Origin: Octopus bimaculoides
Taxonomy: Eukaryota
Assembly: GCF_001194135.2 (NCBI RefSeq)
Contig: NC_068982.1
Coordinates: 77,706,308 to 77,749,379 of the forward strand
Direction: 5' to 3'
Length of the DNA stretch: 43,072 bases
Below are positions 34,151 to 43,072 of this stretch, piece after piece; position 1 is the stretch's first letter; the number at the start of each line of letters is the position of its first letter. Made by a program: the position numbers and the translations under genes. The notes under the pieces are model-generated. The model made no database searches. It was not told the origin of the DNA and saw nothing but the letters and a program-made list of their open reading frames with translations.

Positions 34151-35746
34151 GCTTTTATTCTTTTACTTGTTTCAGTCATTTGACTGCAGCCATGCCGGAG
34201 CACTGCCTTTAGTTGAGCAAATCAACCCCAGGACTCATTCTTTGTGAGCCTAGTACNNNNNNNNNNNNNNNNNNNNNNNNNNNNNNNNNNNNNNNNNNNN
34301 NNNNNNNNNNNNNNNNNNNNNNNNNNNNNNNNNNNNNNNNNNNNNNNNNNNNNNNNNNNNNNNNNNNNNNNNNNNNNNNNNNNNNNNNNNNNNNNNNNNN
34401 NNNNNNNNNNNNNNNNNNNNNNNNNNNNNNNNNNNNNNNNNNNNNNNNNNNNNNNNNNNNNNNNNNNNNNNNNNNNNNNNNNNNNNNNNNNNNNNNNNNN
34501 NNNNNNNNNNNNNNNNNNNNNNNNNNNNNNNNNNNNNNNNNNNNNNNNNNNNNNNNNNNNNNNNNNNNNNNNNNNNNNNNNNNNNNNNNNNTATATATAT
34601 ATATACACACATGTGTGTATGTCTTTGTGTCTGTGTTTGTTTCCCCACTACTGCTTGACAACCAGTGCTTGTGTGTTTATGTCCTTGTAACTTAGTGATT
34701 CAGCAAAAGAGACTGATAGAATAAGTAGCAGGCTTTTAAAAAATAAGTACCAAGGTTGATGCATTGAACTAACAATTCTTCAAGGCAGTGCCCCAGCATG
34801 ACCACTGTCTAATGACTGAAACAAGTAAAAGATAAAAGATAATTGCAATCTAAATCCTCAAAACATATGAGGAAACAAAGTTGAGATGCATGAAATATTT
34901 ACCCCAATTTTGTTTCCACATTAAGCAGAAGTGGAGCTAAATGTGCTGTAAGATAGTTATGTCATAGTGAATAAAAATTATCTTGATTACATTTTGATTA
35001 CGATTAAATTATGAAGTTAAAATCTTGAATAATAAGAGAAATCTTATAAACCATATTTTGATCAAAATATATTAAAACTGGAATTTATAACAATTTTTTG
35101 AGACAGTGTAGATTTTAATAATTGCTTTTTTTGTAGTAAAGGTTACATACTCCAAATAATTAATAAGCAGCTTTTTTTTTTCATTATAGTACAAATGACT
35201 TTTTATTCTTGTGGTGATTGCGTTTTTGATGCAATATATTCTATGTTTTCTTCAGCTTTTTAATGTCCACTTTTCTATGCTCACACGAGTTGGAAATTCT
35301 ATTTAGTTTACATTTATAGGAAATTTGAAGCCTAAAACAAAGAAGAAAATATTTGTTCTAGAATGTTTAAACTAGGAGACAGACAGACGTAGAGTAGAGA
35401 GGGAATGTCTTTGATGAGGTTGTGAAAGGCATTGAAAGGACTCTGACAAACCTAACTGATTGATTGTGTGTGACATTTTCTATTCCTAAATGCACTACAT
35501 GCAGGTTAATGTGATAATTAGTATCAATCTTTTTAAAAGAAATTTCCATAAATTAACTTTCTACTAACTATATGAGTTAATTGAAAATTACAATTTGCAA
35601 ATTTCTGTTGTTGTTGAGCCTTGATCAAACAGACATTTCATTAGGTCTTCTGGCTTTTGACCTTTCATCTGCTTTTTAAACATAGTATATCAAGGAGATG
35701 TGCAGTCTGTTAAGACTGGGTTGGGAAATGATGATGAGCTTATGTA

Positions 35747-35788
<42 letters not shown>

Positions 35789-36717
35789 GGGATGGCCAAA
35801 AGGCACCTGACAGTAAATCAAAACTATTTAATTCCAATATTTATTTATGTTTAATAACTGAATGAATTTAATAATAGCACCTAAATATAAAACATCATGA
35901 AAATTATTCAAACTGAAGTCCTTCTTGAACAACACATTTTTCCATTTGAGTCAATACAGAATTACAGATAGTATTTATNNNNNNNNNNNNNNNNNNNNNN
36001 NNNNNNNNNNNNNNNNNNNNNNNNNNNNNNNNNNNNNNNNNNNNNNNNNNNNNNNNNNNNNNNNNNNNNNNNNNNNNNNNNNNNNNNNNNNNNNNNNNNN
36101 NNNNNNNNNNNNNNNNNNNNNNNNNNNNNNNNNNNNNNNNNNNNNNNNNNNNNNNNNNNNNNNNNNNNNNNNNNNNNNNNNNNNNNNNNNNNNNNNNNNN
36201 NNNNNNNNNNTATATAGGGATGGTATTATTAAAATACCGTTACGAGTGGCAAGCGAATTATCAGGCATACAGGTAAATTAATAAAATATATACATACAAT
36301 ATTAGATATATACATATATACACAAGGCCACTACATGAGCACCTACATCACTAAGAAATAGAAGTCAAAAAACTTCTGTACCACGGAATAGTCACAAACC
36401 TATTACAGACATGATAGGAAAAAATTTCAGTGAACAATAACTTATTACCTCTGCTAGGTTAGAACAAGTAATGCTGGTCAGCTTGGTACCAATTTCGAAA
36501 TTTAGCGCCAAACAGGTGCCCGATTTCTCATCAGCCAAAGTCTGCCAGCCAATTACTACTAGGTACTCTTCTTGTTTCCAAGTTAGGTCATATTTCCCCA
36601 TGGCCAGATATGTCTTGGAAGCTTGGAAATGAAGGATATCATTTGCATGACAGTGACACTTGCTTACAACTGTCATGTTGGCAATGAGTCAACGTATAGA
36701 GACAGCAATGCGCGCAT

Positions 36718-36718
<1 letters not shown>

Positions 36719-36810
<92 letters not shown>

Positions 36811-37356
36811 ATCATCATCTTCATCATCATCATCATCATTATTATGTTCTAATTATTTTACATACTAAGAAATAAAAGCTTTGTGAACTGATGCTACTTA
36901 TGGCAGGACAATCAAAGGGCAATTCTGATTTTAGATTCTATCAAATATTAATATTTTATGACAATTTTTGTTGTTTGGTTACTATTATTTGTGAAATTTT
37001 TGTTTACTTCTCGGGTTGCTTTTTGAATTTCATGTTCATACACCTACATATATACACAAATGCATAACACACACAAATTATTTCTGAGTCTTATAACCCC
37101 CACCCCCACTTCCTATTTCACACACATGTTTACTCTGTATGCAGTTTATCCATTTATACAAATACCTACATACAAATTTGTAAATGTTTGTCTCGTTTGG
37201 AATTTTTGTCTGATGATACACACACACATACATACACAAAGTGAATCTCCTTCCACACACCATCATCTATTCAGACAATTCCTGTGGATAATATTTCACA
37301 TGCCTATACAGATAGTATTCAACCAAATATTTACAATGACTGTATGCCTTCCCCTC

Positions 37357-37449
<93 letters not shown>

Positions 37450-38453
37450 CATGTATCCACAAACATATATAAATATATACACAGGCAACTCTCTGTACAC
37501 AAACACCCCACCAAAACTTAATATTCCCATTGCATTCTGATACAAACAATACTGCAAATCCTCCTACACAGTTTCTCCCTAATTCGACAGTCACGATGAT
37601 GATCTGATCTATTACACGATCCCCACTCCCATTTCAAAAGCATGCATGTATATCAAACAGACACAGGCATAATGTGTCTCACTGTCTATTACCTACCCAC
37701 CCATTAATAAACTGACATGTATAATTACTGAAATAGGTGTAGCCATGGTTGTATAGTTAAGAAGTTCACTTCGCAGCCACAGGATTTTGGGTTCAGTCCT
37801 ATTATGTGGCATATTAAGCCAAGTGACTTCAGGCTGACTAAAGCTTTGTGAATGAATTTGGAAGATGGAATGAAAGAAACTAGTCATGTATGTGGGTTTG
37901 TGGATCCTTGTCTTGACACGACATGCTAATTGTAAATGAACATCACTATCGTACAAGCAGTGTTGTTTATTTGCAATCTTCCACTCAAACATGTCCAGCC
38001 GTTGTGCTGTTTGTGTTGAAAGGACTAGGGGAAGAATTACTTTGCTTGTAAACATGTGAGAGTTGGCAATAGGAAGGGCATCTGACCATAGAAAATCTGC
38101 CTCATTGAATTTCTTCTGACCTGTGCCAACTTCAAAAAGTGGATGTTAAGCCAATGATGTCAAAGATGATGATATAAGTACACTAATTGCTCTTCTCTCT
38201 TGCTTTTGTAGACATAACATATATACCTACATCAACACCACTTGAAACAGAGTGTCTGTTTAGGATATTAAAAAAATAATTTTCTGTGATACATTTATTT
38301 CTTAACTGTATTATCTAGAGTTTTATGCACAAAGCCCTAATACAGTGAAAGCATGTTTATGGTAAAAGTGACTGGAGATCAGAATATGTGTTGGCATAGC
38401 ACACATTCTGTGAACTCTGCTTAGTCTGCTGTATGACATCATGAGCAAATGTC

Positions 38454-38485
<32 letters not shown>

Positions 38486-38620
38486 GATAATGATGACATA
38501 ATATAGTGGTAATTTCACCAAAACTTCAAAAGAACTGTTTAGACTTGAGTTCCACTACATGCTCACTTTTTTTTTCATTATATTAATCTTGTTTACACAC
38601 AAAACCCTCACAACAACAAC

Positions 38621-38689
<69 letters not shown>
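36719..38689. repeat. Three long (CA)n microsatellites (36719-36808, 37359-37446, 38622-38689)
   Basis: Pure CA runs of about 34-45 units; the first is followed by (CAT)n. Confidence 0.95.
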
Positions 38690-38691
<2 letters not shown>

Positions 38692-38717
38692 TTTGTTTTG
38701 TCTTGTACTATCCATAA

Positions 38718-38922
38718 TGGCTGGCAGAATCATTAGTACACTAGGTGAAGTGCTTAGCAGTATTTTGCCTGTTGCTACATTCTAAGTTCAAATTCCACTG
38801 AAGTTGACTTTGCCTTTCATCTTTTCGAGGTCGATAAATTAAGTATCAGTGAAACACTGAGGTTGATGTAATCAACTTATCCCCTCCCCCAAAATAGCTG
38901 CACTTGTAGAAAAATTTGAAAC

Positions 38923-38964
<42 letters not shown>

Positions 38965-39432
38965 CATTATTATTATAAATTATAATAATAATAATAATAA
39001 CATGGTGAGCTGGTAGAAATGTTACCATACCAGAAAAAACATGCTTAGCAGCATTTCGTCTTACTTTACATTCTGAGTTCAAATTCCGGCAAGGTCAACT
39101 TTGCTTTTCATACTTTTGAGGGCAATAAAATAAATACCAGTTGAACACTGGGGTCAATGTAATTGACTTAGCCTCACCCCCAACCTGCTGGCCTTGTTTC
39201 CAAAATTTGAAACCATTATTATTATTATCATTATTATTATTATTTTTGCAAATCAGACAAAATGCTTAGTGGCATTTCTTTTGGTTCTTTACATTCTGTT
39301 TACAAATACCGCTGAGGTTAACTTTGCCTTTCATCCTTTTGGAGTCACTAAAATAGATACCAGCAAAGTACTGGGGTTGATGTAATCAACTTGCTCATCT
39401 AAACTTGCTGGTCTTGTACCATAATTTGAAAC

Positions 39433-39463
<31 letters not shown>

Positions 39464-39465
39464 GC
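38718..39465 (+). mobile_element. Head-to-tail train of three (ATT)n-tailed tRNA-SINEs
   Basis: Copies at about 38718-38976, 39003-39245 and 39250-39463 (5'-truncated), each ending TTTGAAACCATT(ATT)n. Confidence 0.85.
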
Positions 39466-39711
39466 TGCTGCTGCCATACTGTAAAGTCATGAAAATTTGC
39501 TGCTCCATAAGTTGAAAAAGTGTTTGTAATCTTTTCAGCCTTCTAAAGCCCTGTGTTTTCATTTTTATTGTTATCATTACATTTCCAAGATTATCTGGAT
39601 TGTGCAGATAGTATTTTTGTGTTGAAGCATCCCCTGCTTTACAATAATTTTTGAATTTTAACTGCTTTCAGCTAAAGCAAATATTTTTCAATTTTCTGTA
39701 ATTATTTAAAG

Positions 39712-42700
39712 ATGGCTGATAAAGAAACCATCATAATATTTGACAAAGGAACGCACTCCTTGTCAAAGAAAATTGAGAACGAGGAAAGAATTGAGAATAT
39801 GAATATTGAATGGCCTAAATTTAATGATGTTACCAAGGCAAAAAATGTTTCACCTCTAAGTAACATCAAAATTTGTGGTGTCGACAATGAAAACAACAAC
39901 AGCAACAGCAGCAGCAGTGACAGCAACAACAACAACAATAATAATAACAGCAACAACAATACAAAAGAAATGAAACATAAAAACACAAGTATTGCCTCTG
40001 CGTCTTTTGTATCTGTGGGGGGAAATATGGAAAGTTTCCACATAGATGAAGAAGAATTAAAATTTTAAAGAGAGATGGAGAAGGGTAGCGCTAAACCCTC
40101 CATCTGACGTGATAGAAAATATCGTAAGCTGCACGGTAACATACCATTGTATCGGAGTCAAGTCTTGGCGGATGGAAAATGCAAAGTACAAAAATACCTT
40201 GAGCACGTATGAGAACAAAAGACCCACATCACCTGAGGGAAAAAGTTTGGAACTATTGAGGTGAGATTTAGGACGGAAGAAAAAGCTAGATTTGATTCTG
40301 CAACCACTTTGAGGAATGACAACTTTTTCTTAATCCCCAGCTATTGTAGCCAGCACTTTGCTAAGATTAGGGTGCTGATGTACCACCAGAAATATCCATT
40401 AGCTGGTTAGTGGTGGCCATCTTGGCAGGTTTGGAAGAAGACAAAGCCACAATATTGGAGGTCAAGAAACTACCTGAGCAAAACTGGTTAGGTATAGGTA
40501 TGGAACTGACCTTGCAATGCATGCAGGGCCATATGGACCAGCTGCCCGATCTAATCAATCTCCCAGATGGTACTCACCTGTCAGTGTTCATGGAGGGTAG
40601 AAAGCCAAGATGCTACATATGTGGATGTGTAAATCACTTAAAGGCTTTCTGCCCTGAAACAAGGAAAAAATAAAGTCCCACTGCTGCCAACATTACAAAC
40701 AACCACAAGTGCAAAATCATAAGCAAGTGCTCAAGACTCCTACGCTCACCTATGTTTTCATGCCAGATTTGTTTGGCAGCCTCTTGGCAGATATCTACAG
40801 TAATGGGCAGCAGAACGGGAGAATTCCTAGTACTGTTAGCCAAGGTGTGGTAATACTACTAACAAAAGACACTGACAATGGGGATGTGCTAGTGAATTTT
40901 TGGCCCATAACTCTGCTAACATAGAGTTTAAGATTTTGGCCAAGGTGTTAGTGTAAAGGTTGTTGAGGAAGCACAAACATGCACAATCTTGAGCAGGTCT
41001 ATTCTCGACAACCTCCACCTTATGCGATACATTGCTTTGGTGGGACCCTGATCAATTTAGAACAGTCAAAAGCTTTTGATAAGGTAGATCATCTCTACTT
41101 GGACGCTGTCTTTAAAGCAGCCGGTTTTGGACCTGTTTTCAGAGGCTGGATTGCTGCAATGCACAGCGGCACCTGCTCGGTAGTCAAAGTAAATGACCAC
41201 CTATCGGAACGATTTAGTATTGCATGTTCGGTCCATCAGAGCTGCCTGCTGTCACTTCTTCTGTCTGTGCTGGCTCTCGAGCTACTGCTGTAGAAGTTGG
41301 AGCAATTAAGAGGCCTCCCTTTCAAAATTGGACTTGGAAGGGCAGTGTCTGCATACACGGATAACATCACTGTCGTCGTGTTGGATGCCTCAGAAGTGGA
41401 GAAGGTTGGCTCCATTCTAAAAGAATATGAGTTGGTTGCAGGGGCTAACATCAATGCCGACAAGTCAGTAGGATTGCGACTGGGCACCTGGAGAGGCAGA
41501 TCAGTGCTGTCAGATGGCATCATTGGTTGCTGGACTGACAGACCAGTTAAACTGCTCAGGGTTGATCCCGACCTCCAGGTGGATAAGAATTGGGAAGTGG
41601 TGATGAACAGAGTGACCTCTCTTACCTAGAAATGGGCAGAGAAGAAGTTGTCCCTGAAAGGTCAGGCAGAGGTGACAAATGTCTACATCACCTCTGTCAT
41701 TATTTATCGTCTGACCATCATGCCTTGCCCCAGTTACTGCTTGATTAGATTGGAGCATATTCGGTTTGTTTTCTTGTAGAAGGGACATGTTCCAATAGTC
41801 AGGTGATCGGTCTGCTGCCAACTTCCTTTGTGTGGCGGCTAAGGCATGCCATGCCTTTTAATGCACAGACATGCACTCAGGTTGCACCACCCGCAGCAAT
41901 TTCTAGTAGGTGAATGTGTGTAGGCTCTGTTTGTGAGACATGCCTTTCTGCAGCTCATCTCCTTGATGGAGTTGCAGTCCTGGGTAAAGGATAGGCCGAG
42001 ATTGGGCACCTAGCACTTAGAATGTCATCAGGCACTCACTGGCCTCTGCAAGTTGAACAATAGGATCAGTAGATGTTCTACTTTAGATATTTATAGAGGA
42101 TTAGTAGTGGGGAAGTGTGATGACATCGTCGGAGAGACTCTAAGAATTGACACAGATGAACTGGCAAGTCTATTCCAGAAGACTTTCTGGTCTGGGACTG
42201 TTATGGATAATTTCCAGATGTCTTTGGCCTGCCAGTGCTACCAGGGGGCGCTATCGGTTTGAGATAAACTCTACAGGCACAGATGTGCTGTCAGACGGGC
42301 TTGTCTAAAGTGCTTGCAGAGCAATGAAACCTTTCTGCATGTACTCGTTCAGTGTCCGGGCATTGCTGACTTGTAGAGTTATGTCGAACAGCTACTGTCA
42401 TGTGTAGGTCAGATCAATGTGCCAGCCGAGTTCATAATGATGATTGCCCCACTGCCCTTCTTTAATTCCTTTGTCTGGTGGCTGTGGCGAAAGAGGTTAT
42501 CTGGTGGACAAGGCTGAAAGGAATGAGGACAGAAACATTCCTCTTTGGTAAAGCCCTCATCGACTTTTTCAAGTTTCACCTGAAAAGGAAAGTGCAAGTG
42601 GAGTGGGAGGTGCTGTCCTCAAGTGAATTTATGAAAAGGTGGGTGAAGTTGCAAAAATGGCATGAGTGGATGATTCCACTCTCAGTGTAGACCTGTGAGT

Positions 42701-42850
42701 TGAAAGAAAGAAGTTGGAGAGGGCTCTCATTCTTGGTATTCAGGGTGTTCTTGGATGGTGGGGTTCCTTGATTATCCCTAGAGGTCCTCCTGTATCAGGG
42801 AAACTCCATCACTATCACTTTTTTCTTTTCCCTCTTTTTCTAGTGTCATA
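39712..42850 (+). mobile_element. Degenerate L1/Tx1-clade non-LTR retrotransposon lacking the endonuclease region
   Basis: ORF1 remnants include the gag-type knuckle CYICGCVNHLKAFC (40611-40652). ORF2 remnants include RT motifs NFWPITLL, EQSKAFDKVDH...GFG..F..WI, QSCLLSLLL, YTDN for YADD (41354-41365), GANINADKS and WAEKKLSLKG, plus a C-terminal CLKC-x8-H-x4-C (42302-42355). There are many stops and frameshifts. Confidence 0.92.
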
Positions 42851-43072
42851 TACCATGTATACTTCCCTTCATCTAATGTATACCATGTATACTTCCATTC
42901 ATCTAATGTATACTGTGTATACTTCCATTCATCTAATGTATACCATGTATACTTCCCTTCATCTAATGTATACTGTGTATACTTCCATTCATCTAATGTA
43001 TACCATGTATACTACCCTTCATCTAATGTATATCATGTATACTTACCTTCATCTAATGTATACCATGTATAC
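42851..43072. repeat. 30-bp minisatellite, 7.4 copies, running off the window end
   Basis: Unit TACCATGTATACTTCCCTTCATCTAATGTA with 0-3 substitutions per copy. Confidence 0.95.

Noticed and set aside
35787-35978. Tc1/mariner end (CAGGGATGGCCAAAAG)
   Set aside because: It resembles a mariner TIR start, but there is no TA immediately upstream and the other end would fall in the N-gap, so it cannot be supported.
1149-36281. Many long ORFs rich in X or in YI/HT/CV repeats
   Set aside because: They are read-throughs of N-gaps and (TA)n/(CA)n microsatellites, not proteins.
30604-43072. Third EXT2 coding exon
   Set aside because: I found no acceptor-led frame resembling the next EXT2 segment (LLSSQ...H) by eye; it is presumably beyond the window or in a gap.

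Overview
AT-rich animal genomic DNA, dense in microsatellites, with 10 N-gaps from a draft assembly. The repeat complement (tRNA-SINEs, RTE LINE ends with (GAT)n tails, TA/CA/CAT/ATT microsatellites) looks like an octopus or other coleoid cephalopod genome; this is my inference. Two protein-coding genes lie head-to-head around a small CpG-rich region at about 4450-5030. On the - strand is the first coding exon of a diacylglycerol lipase (DAGL-alpha-like; 4544-4450, MPGLVVFKRRWSIGSDDLVVPAVIMIVVHLVW), which the ORF track misses. On the + strand is exostosin-2 (EXT2), with coding exons at 9928-10430 and 30397-30603 separated by a ~20 kb intron, and a probable non-coding first exon ending at 5030. 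The rest is intronic and filled with SINEs, 5'-truncated RTE LINE ends, piggyBac- and hAT-type MITEs, Penelope-like termini with hammerhead-ribozyme-like motifs, a local inverted duplication, and an internally deleted Tx1/L1-clade LINE (39712-42850) followed by a 30-bp minisatellite. I found no prokaryotic features, CRISPR arrays, rRNA or true tRNA genes. I cannot support a wholly new biological system. The best leads are the DAGL/EXT2 bidirectional promoter, a near-complete type I hammerhead with an adjacent antisense arm, and a variable-number hairpin array in the RTE 3' UTR. Most repeat boundaries are approximate.
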